64,000 bases of DNA from Verrucomicrobiota bacterium. GTDB lineage: Bacteria > Verrucomicrobiota > Verrucomicrobiia > Methylacidiphilales > UBA1321. Where the stretch lies: contig JABDHJ010000011.1 in the NCBI GenBank assembly GCA_013285645.1, positions 544 to 64,543 of the forward strand. The letters run 5' to 3'. Each line of letters opens with the position of its first letter. Position 1 is the first letter of the stretch. The translations under genes were made by a program, and so were the position numbers. The notes beneath the pieces were generated by a model. It was not told where the DNA came from and made no database searches. It saw nothing but the letters and a program-made list of their open reading frames with translations. Of the stretch, positions 38,038 to 48,901 are shown piece after piece.

Positions 38038-41000
38038 ATGCGAGATATTTATTTCATGAATTTATTCCGCGCGACGCTATTTGTGGCTCTGCTCGCCACC
38101 ATGGCCATGTTCCCGCGTAGCGCGTCAGCCCAGACCCAGATTTTTGACTGGGGTCCCAATGGTTCTGGAACGCCAACTGGCGGTACAGGAAACTGGAATA
38201 CCACCTCCTCCAATTGGGTGATCCCGGGTAGCTTAACCTATCAAATCTGGCCCAACGCCATGTCCGATATCGCTGATTTTGCTGGCACGGCCGGAACGGT
38301 GACAATTACAGGCACCATTACCGCAGGCGGCCTGACCTTCGATTCCGATGGCTATATTCTCAATGCCGCTTCAAGTAAGTCGCTGATTTTAACGCAGGTT
38401 ACAAACCAACCCGCAGTCATCACGGTCACCAATAGTGGGCAAACTGCCACCATCAGCGCGCCTTTCAGCGATAATGACGGCCTCAATGTGACAGGATCGG
38501 GAACGTTGATCCTGACCGGCACCAGTACCTCGAGTTCCTCAAATGACAATTTCAATATTTATGGCGGAGCCACGGTCAAAGTCATGTCCGCCACGGGCGC
38601 GTTGTCTCCCAATAATTCTTTGCTCAGCGGCGTTCAAGCTTCCGTGGTAAACAATAGTTCCGGCGCGGGAGGAGGCACTTTTATTTACGATAATACCGGC
38701 GCGACCGGGGCTTCGACTCAATCCCTCGTCAAATATGTCGCGGATGGGGGCGACAATATCGTTGAGACCAATCGCGTCGCCAACCAGAATGTCGCGCTTA
38801 GCTTTTCATTCGGTGAGCTAGCGCGCGTGGAGGGGGCAACGGTCAATTTTATCATCAACGGCGGGACGAATGGCACGACGAATGAAATTGTTCTCTCTGG
38901 CCAGACAACCGGTTTTATCGACCAGGGCAACTTCTTTGGTGGAAGCAATTATGCCTGGTATGATGCTGGAGGATTTGTCCGGGGTATTGTTTACAGCGGG
39001 TCAAGTAAGGACGCCAATACCTTGACGACCAGTGGCACCACCAGCATCGTTGGCACCACAAATTTGTATATCCAAACCACCGGCGCGGTAACCGCTCAAA
39101 ACACCGCTACTTTTACGACTCTGAATCTGGCCGGAACGGGAACAACCGCTGGCAGCAATGATTTCACTTTGGCCAGCGGCAAGACGCTGACGGTCAATGG
39201 CATTCTCCGTTCCGGTAACGTCTCCGGCAGTAGCTCCACAATTAGCGGCGGCACGGGCATCGAAGCCGGTCGTGGCCTGGATTTGGTCATCCGCACCGAC
39301 CAGGTCAATGACTCATTGACGATCAGCAGCGCCATTTTGGACGACCACACCAGCAGCCTGACCAAAAGCGGCAGCGGCACCCTGACTCTTTCCGGAAACA
39401 ACACCTATGCGGGAGAAACCTTTATCAATGGCGGCACGCTGATCATCTCCTCGCTTCCCAATTTATCCACCACCGGCTCACCCACCACTGGCCCCCTCGG
39501 CGCCCCCACCTCAGCCCCCATCGGCTCAGTTGTGCTCCAAGGTGGCACCCTGGAATACACGGGAGCAACGGCCAGCACCACTCGCGGTTTTGATGTCGCC
39601 AACGGCGGAGGCGGCATCGATGTCACCAATTCCGGAACGGCGCTCACGTTTACCGGCGAAGGACTCGGCAATGGTACGAACCTAGCGATCGATACCCTGG
39701 TCAAAACCGGCTCAGGCACGCTGATTCTGTCGGGAACGAATGACGACGTTAGCCTTGGCGTTACGGTTAATGCCGGCACGCTGCAATTGGCCAAGACTAG
39801 TTCATCGAATGCCCATTCTTTGGGGGCGACTCTCGCCTTAGTGGTAAATAATGGGGGAACAGTTCAGATTACCGGGACAGGTAATGATCAAATTACCGAT
39901 GGCTCCGATGTCATCGTCAATACCGGCGGCACTTTTGACTTCAATGGAAAAAACGAAACTTGGGATGGTCTCAGTGGTGGGGGCTCTGTCACCAATAACG
40001 CCGCTAGCACTGCCAGCACCCTGACGCTCGGCGGCGGCAACAACGCTTCCGGTAACAGCCGGGATGTTTTTAGCGGCGCGATTTCCAACGGCATCCATGG
40101 CGCTAAAATCGCTTTGACTAAAATCGGCACCGGCACGCAAACCCTCTCCGGCTCCAATACCTATACGGGCGCAACAACGGTCAGCGCTGGCATCCTGAAC
40201 ATTCAAAGTAACAACGCTCTCGGCACCGGCAGTGGCACATCCACTTCAGGTGTCAGCGTGGCGAGTGGCGCCGCGTTGCAAATCCAGGGAACGATTTCCA
40301 CCACCACAGCTGTTGGGCTGACCTTGAACGGCACTGGCGTCAACTCGAGCGGCGCTTTGGAAAATGTCAGCGGCACCAATACCTATTCCGGTTTGATCAC
40401 ACTCGGTGCGGCAACGACCATTGGCTCGGATATCGGGACTTTGAATATAACGAATACGGGAACCATCACCGGATCGGGCCTGGCCCTGACTCTCACTGGC
40501 ACAGGCAACGGCAGCATAACCAGCAACATTGGCACGGGCTCAGGCGGTCTGACCAAAACTGGCAGCGGCACATGGAGCCTCTCTGGAGCAAACACCTTCA
40601 TCGGCGTAACCGCCATCAACGGTGGCACCTTGAGTGTCTCCCAAATGGCCAATGGAGGCAGCGCTGGCGGAATCGGGAAATCGACCAATGTCGCTGCCAA
40701 CTTGGTGCTGAATGGCGGCGACCTGCAATATACAGGAGCGGCGGCCAGTACGGACCATGCCTTCACTCTTGGCTCCAACGGGGGCACGCTCGATGCCTCA
40801 GGTACCGGCGCGATTAATTTCGCCAGCACAGGATCGGTTGCCTTTAGCGGCAACGGTACCCGCACCCTTACCCTGACCGGAAATAATACGGGAGCCAATA
40901 CACTTGCAGCCGTCCTCGGCAATGGAACCGGTGGCGCCACGAGCATCACCAAGAACGGGGTTGGGGCCTGGACGCTGACAGGAACAAGCACCTACACCGG

Positions 41001-41766
41001 GGCAACCACGGTCAGCCAGGGCACTCTTACTGTTTCCGGTACCGGATCCATCAACGGTACCAGCGGCACGAGCATCGCCACGGGCGGGGCCTTCAATTAC
41101 AGCAGCTCTACCGCGCTGACCGCCGCTGTAACGCTGAATGGCGGGACTTTTGCTTACAATAATAACTCCATTTCTTACAACGCCTCGAAGCTGACTTTTA
41201 ACTCTGGAACGCTCAAGGGCACCGGCACGATCAGCGGAAATCTCGGACTGCACAGCGCTGCTCAAATCCTTTCTCCCGGTAATAGCCCCGGCATCCAGGT
41301 TTTCAGCGGAACGCAAAATTGGTCGGCCTTCACCTATCAATGGGAAACCAATAATTTCACCGGCACCACGGCAGGCACCGACTTTGATCAAATACAGGTC
41401 ACGGGAGCGTTGAATCTCAGCGACCCAAGCGGAAACTACCTTCTCAATGTAACCTCCCTGACCTCGGGTGATGTCGCTGGCAACGTGCCCAACTTTTCGA
41501 ATACCGATGAAAGCTGGACCATACTCACTGCCAGCAGCGGCATCACAAACTTCGATCCGAATGAGTGGACGATCAACACCTCTGCCTTTACCTCGACGCC
41601 AACTGCCACCGGTACGTGGTCGCTGGCGGTAACCGGCCCCGGCAATGACAATCTGGTCTTAAGCTATGACGTCTCCAGCGTGCCGGAGCCGACCACTTAC
41701 GCTCTCCTTCTGGCTGGAATGGCTCTTCTCATGCTCGTTCAGCGTCGGTACAAGCATCTTCATTGA
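38038..41766 (+). CDS. Large PEP-CTERM protein with autotransporter-associated beta-strand repeats (no beta-barrel)
   Basis: Signal peptide ASA-QT; repeated LTKxGxGTxxLSGxNTYxGxTxxxxG units; SPGNSPG; C-terminal VPEPTTYALLLAGMALLMLVQRR. Confidence 0.92.
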   Translation: MRDIYFMNLFRATLFVALLATMAMFPRSASAQTQIFDWGPNGSGTPTGGTGNWNTTSSNWVIPGSLTYQIWPNAMSDIADFAGTAGTVTITGTITAGGLTFDSDGYILNAASSKSLILTQVTNQPAVITVTNSGQTATISAPFSDNDGLNVTGSGTLILTGTSTSSSSNDNFNIYGGATVKVMSATGALSPNNSLLSGVQASVVNNSSGAGGGTFIYDNTGATGASTQSLVKYVADGGDNIVETNRVANQNVALSFSFGELARVEGATVNFIINGGTNGTTNEIVLSGQTTGFIDQGNFFGGSNYAWYDAGGFVRGIVYSGSSKDANTLTTSGTTSIVGTTNLYIQTTGAVTAQNTATFTTLNLAGTGTTAGSNDFTLASGKTLTVNGILRSGNVSGSSSTISGGTGIEAGRGLDLVIRTDQVNDSLTISSAILDDHTSSLTKSGSGTLTLSGNNTYAGETFINGGTLIISSLPNLSTTGSPTTGPLGAPTSAPIGSVVLQGGTLEYTGATASTTRGFDVANGGGGIDVTNSGTALTFTGEGLGNGTNLAIDTLVKTGSGTLILSGTNDDVSLGVTVNAGTLQLAKTSSSNAHSLGATLALVVNNGGTVQITGTGNDQITDGSDVIVNTGGTFDFNGKNETWDGLSGGGSVTNNAASTASTLTLGGGNNASGNSRDVFSGAISNGIHGAKIALTKIGTGTQTLSGSNTYTGATTVSAGILNIQSNNALGTGSGTSTSGVSVASGAALQIQGTISTTTAVGLTLNGTGVNSSGALENVSGTNTYSGLITLGAATTIGSDIGTLNITNTGTITGSGLALTLTGTGNGSITSNIGTGSGGLTKTGSGTWSLSGANTFIGVTAINGGTLSVSQMANGGSAGGIGKSTNVAANLVLNGGDLQYTGAAASTDHAFTLGSNGGTLDASGTGAINFASTGSVAFSGNGTRTLTLTGNNTGANTLAAVLGNGTGGATSITKNGVGAWTLTGTSTYTGATTVSQGTLTVSGTGSINGTSGTSIATGGAFNYSSSTALTAAVTLNGGTFAYNNNSISYNASKLTFNSGTLKGTGTISGNLGLHSAAQILSPGNSPGIQVFSGTQNWSAFTYQWETNNFTGTTAGTDFDQIQVTGALNLSDPSGNYLLNVTSLTSGDVAGNVPNFSNTDESWTILTASSGITNFDPNEWTINTSAFTSTPTATGTWSLAVTGPGNDNLVLSYDVSSVPEPTTYALLLAGMALLMLVQRRYKHLH

Positions 41767-41785
41767 GATCTCTACAAAAAAAAAC

Positions 41786-42081
41786 GCCGTCATCCTGAGC
41801 GAAGGCGAGCCCGGGCGCATGGTTTAATCACAAGACTCCCCCGAGCCGCAGTCGAAGGACCTACGCCCGTCTCAAGAAAATATTTGGCCGTTGGCAAGCT
41901 GGTTTCGATTCTAAAAGAAAGTCCTCCCTCGTCGAACCTGCGGGAGACTTGCCTTTTGGTTTGAGATTTTTTGACGCCACCCACACCGGTTGCTTCATCA
42001 GGCTGGGTCCTTCGACTGCGGCTCGAGAAGCTCGTTTGAGGAAAGGAGATCGATTGCCTCGCCTTCGCTCAGGATGACGGC
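41786..42081. repeat. 296-bp element with nested perfect inverted repeats (GTCATCCTGAGCGAAG-type REP/MITE-like)
   Basis: 24-bp IR at 41786-41809 / 42058-42081 (GCCGTCATCCTGAGCGAAGGCGAG) and 20-bp IR at 41842-41861 / 42006-42025 (CGAGCCGCAGTCGAAGGACC). Confidence 0.85.
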
Positions 42082-42120
42082 TTCTTTAAGAGGCCCTTTT
42101 GCAGAGGCCTCCCATTGGAG

Positions 42121-42486
42121 TCATTGAGTGTCGTCTGCGCGGAAGTTGATCTTCACGTCCTTTTTAAATATGACATAAGCCCGTTTCCACGGTTGATCGT
42201 TGGTCAACCGCCACTTATGACCGCCCCCCGTCGTATCCAGCGCGATCAATACATCCCCCGGTTCAACGGTAAAGATTTCCCCGCCCTCTGTCACAAATTC
42301 CAAGACCCCGGCGAGCGTGATCACATACTGGGTGGTCGGCGCAACGTGCCAGTCGAGCGAGGAATGCGCGGGCGTTTCTTCGAAATGAATCGATTCCACA
42401 TCAACGGCTTGATGCTCCACGATGGTCCCCCGAATCACATGGGATTGGCCATCCGCGCCGGTGGAGAGGTGATATGCCCTGATCAT
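42121..42486 (-). CDS. Cupin-fold protein
   Basis: [16 protein letters not shown]...[16 protein letters not shown]; 4-nt overlap with mqo. Confidence 0.8.
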   Translation of the reverse strand: MIRAYHLSTGADGQSHVIRGTIVEHQAVDVESIHFEETPAHSSLDWHVAPTTQYVITLAGVLEFVTEGGEIFTVEPGDVLIALDTTGGGHKWRLTNDQPWKRAYVIFKKDVKINFRADDTQ

Positions 42487-43988
42487 GACTTTATATTATT
42501 GAGATTTAAAACGGCGGCGGTATCGGCCCGCACTTTTCGGCAAAGGTCAGCATCATCGATCAGCGATTGGCCGTAGGACGGAATCATTTCCTTCAACTTG
42601 GGACTCCACTTGCCCTTCAGTTCAGCGGCAAAGCATTGTTCAATGACCTTGACCATGATCCAGACGGCGGTGGAAGCCCCGGGCGACGCGCCGAGCATCG
42701 CAATGATGGAATGGTCGGCAGCGCCGACAAGCTCCGTGCCGAATTGCAGGATGCCGCCGTGCTTGGGGTCCTTCTTGATGATCTGCACGCGCTGGCCTGC
42801 GACTTCAACCCTCCAGTCCTCCTTTTTGGCGTCGGGAAAGAATTCGCGGAGAGCAGCGAAGCGTGCCTCCGGGGATTCGATGACCTGGCCGATCAAATAT
42901 TCCGTCAGGGCCACGTTGTCCCTGCCTACGGCCAGGAGCGGCAGTAAATTTTCCGGATCGATGGAGCTGAAGAGATCGAGATACGATCCATGCTTGAGAA
43001 ACTTCGTCGAAAAACCCGCATAGGGACCGAAAAGCAGGGAGACCTTTCCTTCGATATGGCGGGTATCCAGATGTGGCACGGACATCGGCGGCGAGCCCAC
43101 CGAGGCTTTTCCGTAGACTTTGGCATCGTGACGGGAAGAAACGTCGGGATCGTCGCAGCGAAGCCAGACGCCGCTCACCGGAAATCCGGCGTAACCCCGT
43201 CCCTCGGGGATCCCGGATTTTTGCAACAACGGCAGCGAGCCGCCGCCCGCGCCGATGAAAACGAATTTGGCGTGGACGTCCCGGTGTTCACCGCTTTTTT
43301 CGTTCCTGATCCGTGCACTCCATCGATCCCCATCGCGGCGCAAATCCTGCACTCGATTGGAAAAATGAATGGCGAAACCTTCCTTGCCACTCAGGGAATC
43401 GAGGAGATCCCTGGTGAGGGCGCCGTAATCGACGTCCGAACCGGTCACCATTCGAGTGGCCGCAACTTGTTCGAGAGGATCGCGGCCTTCCATGACGAGC
43501 GGGAGCCACTCCGCAATCTGCTTCTTGTCATCGGAATATTCCATCCCGTGATAACAGTGATGGGCCGAGAGCGCCTCGAAGCGTTTTTTGAGAAACGCGA
43601 CATTGTCCAATCCGCGCACAAAACTGAAGTGAGGGACGGGATGAATAAAGGACTGCGGATTCTTGATCGCCCCTTTTTTCACCAAATAGGCCCAGAGCTG
43701 CCGGGAAAGATCGAACTCCGTGTTGACCTCCAGCGCCTTGGAAATATCGATGCTTCCATCGCTCCTTGGCGGTGTGTAGTTGAGTTCGCACAAGGCCGCG
43801 TGGCCGGTGCCGGCGTTGTTCCAAGCGTTGGAACTTTCCTCGGCAGGATTCTCCAGCGACTCGAAAATCTCGATCTTCAGGTCAGGCTGCAGTTCTTTCA
43901 ACATGACCGCCAGGGTGGCGCTCATGATTCCGGCTCCGACGAGCACGACATCCGGTTGGCTTGCAGTGGCAGAAGTAGAGGTAGTCAT
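42483..43988 (-). CDS. mqo: Malate:quinone oxidoreductase
   Basis: [60 protein letters not shown]. Confidence 0.97.
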   Translation of the reverse strand: MTTSTSATASQPDVVLVGAGIMSATLAVMLKELQPDLKIEIFESLENPAEESSNAWNNAGTGHAALCELNYTPPRSDGSIDISKALEVNTEFDLSRQLWAYLVKKGAIKNPQSFIHPVPHFSFVRGLDNVAFLKKRFEALSAHHCYHGMEYSDDKKQIAEWLPLVMEGRDPLEQVAATRMVTGSDVDYGALTRDLLDSLSGKEGFAIHFSNRVQDLRRDGDRWSARIRNEKSGEHRDVHAKFVFIGAGGGSLPLLQKSGIPEGRGYAGFPVSGVWLRCDDPDVSSRHDAKVYGKASVGSPPMSVPHLDTRHIEGKVSLLFGPYAGFSTKFLKHGSYLDLFSSIDPENLLPLLAVGRDNVALTEYLIGQVIESPEARFAALREFFPDAKKEDWRVEVAGQRVQIIKKDPKHGGILQFGTELVGAADHSIIAMLGASPGASTAVWIMVKVIEQCFAAELKGKWSPKLKEMIPSYGQSLIDDADLCRKVRADTAAVLNLNNIKS

Positions 43989-44023
43989 AAGATTCTTTTT
44001 CTTTTTAGTGAAGATGAGGCTGT

Positions 44024-45751
44024 TTAGCGCAGCAGGTTACTGGCGGCCAAGTCGACGAGTTCGTTTCCGCGTCCGTTCAAGACCGCTTTGATGGCCCAAA
44101 GATTGAAACCGACCGCCTGTTCCAGTTTGATGGTCGGCGGCATCGAAAGCTCCATTCGATTGACGACTACATCAAGCAGGGCAGGCCCATCATGCTTAAA
44201 GGCCTCAATCAGCGCCGGTTTGACGTCCTCCGGGTCTTCCACCCGAATGCCGTGAATGCCCGCCGTCTTCGCCAACTGGGCAAAGTTGGGATTGACCAGC
44301 GTCGTGCCATTCTCCAGAAAGCCAGTAGCCTTCATTTCCAACTCCACGAATCCGAGCGCACTGTTGTTGAAGACGATCATTTTTATCGGGGTCTTCAACT
44401 GCTTTAGAGAGAGCAGGTCGCCCAAGAGCATGGCGATTCCACCATCGCCGGAGAGCGTCACCACTTGGCGCCCAGGAAATTCCAATTGCGCGCCGATGGC
44501 CTGGGGCATGGCATTGGCCATCGAGCCATGGTTGAAGGAGCCGAGCAGCCGACGTTTTCCGTTCATCTTTAAATAGCGCGCGGCCCAGATCGTGGGTGTA
44601 CCGACATCGCAGGAGAAGATCGCATCTTCCGAGGCCACTTCATCGATCATCTTGGCCACGTACTGCGGATGAATCGGCTTCTTGCCGGGAGTTCCCACGG
44701 CCAGATCGTCCAGGCCTTTACGGACATCCTGATAATGGGCGACGAATTTCTTGAGATGGCGATCATCTGATTTCGTCTCGATTTTTCCCAGCACTGCCTT
44801 GATCGTTTCCTTCACATCACCGATCAGGCCCAAGTCGAGACGTGTGCGTCGTCCCAGGTTTTCTCCCCGGCGATCCACCTGGATGACAGTGGCCTTTTCC
44901 GGGTAAAATTGCGTATAGGGAAAATCGGTGCCGAGCATCAGCAGCGTCTCGCCTTGCATCATGGCGTGAAAACCGGAGGAATAACCGATCAAACCGGTCA
45001 GCCCCACGTCATAAGGACTATCGTATTCGACGTGCTCTCGTCCCCTCACCGTCGTGACGATGGGGGCCTTCAACTTTTCCGCCAACTGCATCAATTCCGC
45101 ATGGGCACCGGCACATCCGGCGCCGCCCAGAATCGTCACGGACTTCGTTTTATTCAGCATCGCCGCGAGCTTGGCGACTTCACTTTCCGAAGGCCGAAGC
45201 ACAGGCTCGACCCGCTTGATGCTGGCGCTGGGTTTGCGATAGGTGATTTTCTTGAGCGCAATGTCTCCCGGAATGGCCACGACGGTTACGCCTTGTTTGG
45301 ACAGGGCGGTCGAAATGGCAATTTCCAGGACTCGCGGCATCTGCGCCGGTTGGGAAACGAGTTCGCAGTAGTGACTGCAATCCTTGAAGAGCTGATCGGG
45401 ATGGGTCTCCTGAAAATAAGAGCTTCCGATTTCGCTGCTGGGAATATGCGCGGCAATGGCCAGAACCGGCACGCGGCTGCGGTGACAATCGTAGAGACCA
45501 TTGATCAGGTGCATGTTGCCCGGACCGCAACTTCCGGCGCAGACCGCCAACTCGCCCGTCAGGTGCGCTTGTGCTCCAGCGGCAAAGGCCCCGGTTTCTT
45601 CATGGCGCACCGGAATCCAGACGATGTCCTTGCGCTTGCCGATTTCCTCAAGAATGCCGTTGAGTGAATCGCCCACGACGCCATAGACGCGTTTGACTCC
45701 CGCAGCGACCAGAGTTTCGACAAGAACTTCCGCGATGCTTTTTTGCGACAT
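44024..45751 (-). CDS. poxB: Pyruvate dehydrogenase (quinone), ThDP/FAD-dependent
   Basis: [45 protein letters not shown], PoxB-like C-terminal membrane anchor. Confidence 0.95.
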   Translation of the reverse strand: MSQKSIAEVLVETLVAAGVKRVYGVVGDSLNGILEEIGKRKDIVWIPVRHEETGAFAAGAQAHLTGELAVCAGSCGPGNMHLINGLYDCHRSRVPVLAIAAHIPSSEIGSSYFQETHPDQLFKDCSHYCELVSQPAQMPRVLEIAISTALSKQGVTVVAIPGDIALKKITYRKPSASIKRVEPVLRPSESEVAKLAAMLNKTKSVTILGGAGCAGAHAELMQLAEKLKAPIVTTVRGREHVEYDSPYDVGLTGLIGYSSGFHAMMQGETLLMLGTDFPYTQFYPEKATVIQVDRRGENLGRRTRLDLGLIGDVKETIKAVLGKIETKSDDRHLKKFVAHYQDVRKGLDDLAVGTPGKKPIHPQYVAKMIDEVASEDAIFSCDVGTPTIWAARYLKMNGKRRLLGSFNHGSMANAMPQAIGAQLEFPGRQVVTLSGDGGIAMLLGDLLSLKQLKTPIKMIVFNNSALGFVELEMKATGFLENGTTLVNPNFAQLAKTAGIHGIRVEDPEDVKPALIEAFKHDGPALLDVVVNRMELSMPPTIKLEQAVGFNLWAIKAVLNGRGNELVDLAASNLLR

Positions 45752-45810
45752 ATATCCTCCTCATTGATGGGTTTGGGATTAAAAGTAGCGACCTCCACCG
45801 CACGAAATAG

Positions 45811-47058
45811 CTAGTGCCAGTCAATGCAAATTCTTGGAAAAATCAAGCCAAAAGCCATCGCCAAAATAATCAGAAGGGCTGTCGTCCCATCGGAGGCTAT
45901 TTGGGTGACAAGTTCCGGAGTCGAGTGGTCGCCAAGTGTGACGAGATCAACCATTCCTCCCGCCATGCGGAACAGGAAAACACCCGGAATCAACGACACT
46001 ACCGAAGCGAAAGCGATGCCTGCAAACGGCAGACGCAGACGGTCCGCAATCGGTGCGGTAACCGTCCCCACCAAAAGACAAGCCACCAAGGCACCGATCT
46101 CCGCGCTGGTTCCCATCGAGAGGGCGCCCCAGCGTAAGGCATGCGCGAGCATTCCGATTAAAATGGGAATCGGCAGCATTCGCCATGGCATCGCGAAAAA
46201 GGAGCCATAAGCTGCCACGGCCACGCCTGCGGCCAAGACGTCATATAGGAACGGCGCTGGAGAAAACGGTCCCGAGGGAGGAAGGTCCACTCCGCCCAGC
46301 GCAAGCCCGAGAAGCAGGCCCGTGCAAATCATCAAGGTAATCAGGCCGGCGTAGGCTAGACGCGCCGCACCCAATACGATGCGAGCACGGGCAAGATCGA
46401 TCATCCCGTTCAAAAAATGGGGGCCCGGCACAAGCACCATGCATGGACAGACCGCGACGAGCAGAAGCGCCGAACTGACCTGCAGCCGGACGACGATTGC
46501 ACCGATGATACCCGCCAGGATCGCCGCACAAAAGGGTTGTATGAATAAATTACGGCTCTTCCCCGCCAGCCATCGACGCAGGCAGGCCCCGGCCCCGGCG
46601 CCAATCGCAATCAAGACCAAGCCAAGTAGATGGCTTACGCCGAAAATCACGCCGAGCGCCGCGGCGCCCGCCGCCGCCATCAAGGCAAAACGTAAAATCG
46701 AAACGGGCGGAAAGTGCGTGATCGCCTCAAGAGCCGATCGTGCTGCGCTGGTCTCCATGCGACCGTCGCAAACTTCATCGATCAAGCCCATCGTCGCGAC
46801 AACTTTGTTCATGTCCACGCCCGCAGGCTCGACCGCAATGATCTCATGACGCCAGCCCGCAACGTCCTCGATGCGCAGGGCCAATTCGCCCCAGCGTGGG
46901 AAGACACTGACTCGAAAGCCCAGGGCGGCAGCAAGCCGTTCCACCGCCGCGACCATTCTTTCCGTGGTCTGGCCGTTCGCAAACAGGAGCTTCGCGGCAG
47001 TCGAGAGCAGATCGAAGGCTGCCGCCGGTTCCAGCCGCTTACTGTCCGGTGGCGACAT
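45811..47058 (-). CDS. ThrE/YjjP-family exporter (fused two-domain form)
   Basis: [29 protein letters not shown]; about 10 TM helices. Confidence 0.85.
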   Translation of the reverse strand: MSPPDSKRLEPAAAFDLLSTAAKLLFANGQTTERMVAAVERLAAALGFRVSVFPRWGELALRIEDVAGWRHEIIAVEPAGVDMNKVVATMGLIDEVCDGRMETSAARSALEAITHFPPVSILRFALMAAAGAAALGVIFGVSHLLGLVLIAIGAGAGACLRRWLAGKSRNLFIQPFCAAILAGIIGAIVVRLQVSSALLLVAVCPCMVLVPGPHFLNGMIDLARARIVLGAARLAYAGLITLMICTGLLLGLALGGVDLPPSGPFSPAPFLYDVLAAGVAVAAYGSFFAMPWRMLPIPILIGMLAHALRWGALSMGTSAEIGALVACLLVGTVTAPIADRLRLPFAGIAFASVVSLIPGVFLFRMAGGMVDLVTLGDHSTPELVTQIASDGTTALLIILAMAFGLIFPRICIDWH

Positions 47059-48490
47059 AAGGCGTGACCATTTTCTTCGGATCGACCACGCGATCGAATT
47101 CAGCCTCCGTCACGAAGCCAAGTTGCAAGGCGGCGGCCTTCAGCGTGAGATCGTGGTCCATCGCGAAGTGCGCGATCTTCGATGATTTGTCGTAGCCAAT
47201 CACCGGTGCGAGCGCCGTGACGAGCATCAGGGAACGGTCCACATATTCCTGGATCTTTTTAAGATTGGGTTTCGTGCCCTCGACCAGGAACTTCCGAAAA
47301 TTGACGCTCCCATCCGCGATGATCGTGATCGAGTGGGTCAGGTTGAATATGATCAGGGGCTTGTAGACATTCATCTCGAGATAACCGCCCGCGCCGCCGA
47401 AACCGACGGCCACGTCATTTGCCATGACCTGCGCTGCAATCATGGTCAGCGCCTCGCACTGGGTCGGGTTCACTTTACCCGGCATGATGGAAGAACCTGG
47501 CTCGTTTTCCGGGATGATTAATTCTGCGAAACCGGCCCGCGGCCCGCACGACATCAACCGGATGTCGTTGCCGATTTTGTAGAGAGAAACGGCCAGTGTG
47601 CGCAATGTACCGGAAAGCTGAACCAGTGCGTCGTGAGAACCCTGCACGGTGAATTTATTCGGCGCGGTGATAAAAGGGAGTCCGGTAAGTTTAGCTATTT
47701 CCGCTGCAGCCGCTGCAGCAAATCCCGGTGCCGAGTTGATACCGGTGCCTACGGCCGTACCGCCGAGGGCGAGCCGGTAGACGCCTTTTAGCGCATCCTC
47801 CAGCCGATCAAGATCATCCGCCACCATGCCTGCATATCCGGACCATTCCTGGCCGAGTGTGAGCGGCGTGGCGTCCTGCATATGCGTGCGACCAATCTTG
47901 ACGATGTCCTTCCATTCCACTGCCTTCGCTGCGATCGCATCATGCAATGCTTTCACTGCCGGAATCAGCCGTTCTTTCACACTCACGGCTGCCGCAATAT
48001 ACATGGCCGAGGGAAACGAGTCGTTGGACGACTGGGCCATGTTGACATGGTCGTTGGGGTGAACCGGCTTTTTGCTGCCCAAGGGTGTCCCGGCAATTTG
48101 ACAGCAGCGATTCGAGATGACTTCGTTCACGTTCATGTTGAACTGCGTGCCACTGCCGGTCATCCACACATGCAGTGGAAACATGTCAGAATGCTGCCCT
48201 GCCAATATCTCATCGCAGGCCTGGACGATCAACTTGAGGTGAACGTCATCCAATCGGCCACTGGCATGGTTCGCCAGAGCCGCAGCTTTTTTCAGGATGG
48301 CGTAAGCGGTAATCATCTCGCGCGGGATCAGATCCTTGCCGATGCTGAAGTGCTCAAGCGATCGCTGGGTCTGGGCCCCCCAGAGCTTGTCGGCAGGGAC
48401 CCTGACTTCGCCAAGACTGTCCGATTCCGTCCGAAACAATTCGTTTTTGTCAGCCGGTGAGGTGGCCCCGGCAGCCATAGTGGTGTTCAT
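47039..48490 (-). CDS. fumC: Fumarate hydratase class II
   Basis: [57 protein letters not shown]; start is 48490 or 48478 (ORF opens at 48526). Confidence 0.97.
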   Translation of the reverse strand: MNTTMAAGATSPADKNELFRTESDSLGEVRVPADKLWGAQTQRSLEHFSIGKDLIPREMITAYAILKKAAALANHASGRLDDVHLKLIVQACDEILAGQHSDMFPLHVWMTGSGTQFNMNVNEVISNRCCQIAGTPLGSKKPVHPNDHVNMAQSSNDSFPSAMYIAAAVSVKERLIPAVKALHDAIAAKAVEWKDIVKIGRTHMQDATPLTLGQEWSGYAGMVADDLDRLEDALKGVYRLALGGTAVGTGINSAPGFAAAAAAEIAKLTGLPFITAPNKFTVQGSHDALVQLSGTLRTLAVSLYKIGNDIRLMSCGPRAGFAELIIPENEPGSSIMPGKVNPTQCEALTMIAAQVMANDVAVGFGGAGGYLEMNVYKPLIIFNLTHSITIIADGSVNFRKFLVEGTKPNLKKIQEYVDRSLMLVTALAPVIGYDKSSKIAHFAMDHDLTLKAAALQLGFVTEAEFDRVVDPKKMVTPYVATGQ

Positions 48491-48606
48491 ATAAACGAGG
48501 TGCCTTTCTTTGAGAAGAGAATCCATCTGTCCGGTCTTTGCGAACCGGATTCTGTCTAAGATAGGATCATCCGCGCCAAGAGGAAAGTGTTACCTCACGA
48601 TGATTA

Positions 48607-48640
48607 AAGTGAAGGCGGCGAGGGTCGAACCCGTATCTGC
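48607..48640 (-). mobile_element. Degenerate copy of a tmRNA/tRNA 3' end (att-like scar)
   Basis: Minus strand reads AGATACGGGTTCGACCCTCGCCGCCTTCAC, resembling a T-arm plus acceptor strand (typical GGACGCGGGTTCGACTCCCGCCGCCTCCACCA); no 5' half and no CCA. Confidence 0.5.
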
Positions 48641-48901
48641 GGCCATGTAAGTTTGCGTTTGATTGCGTAACTACGCAGCAAACCAGCGCGTTATCGCCAA
48701 TCTCGATTTTACTCGGATTTGCAGAATCGCGCAGGATTACGCAGAAAAGTTATGTGAGTGTGTGTGTGCATACGAAACTGTCAATCCGGGTAAATTCCAA
48801 GACTCGACTCGGTGTTATCAAGCGGCTTTAATCATTAGGAGAAGTCTCGAATCAGAGCTTCACGAAGCGTTTTCGACTAATATTTCCCCACAACTGATCG
48901 C

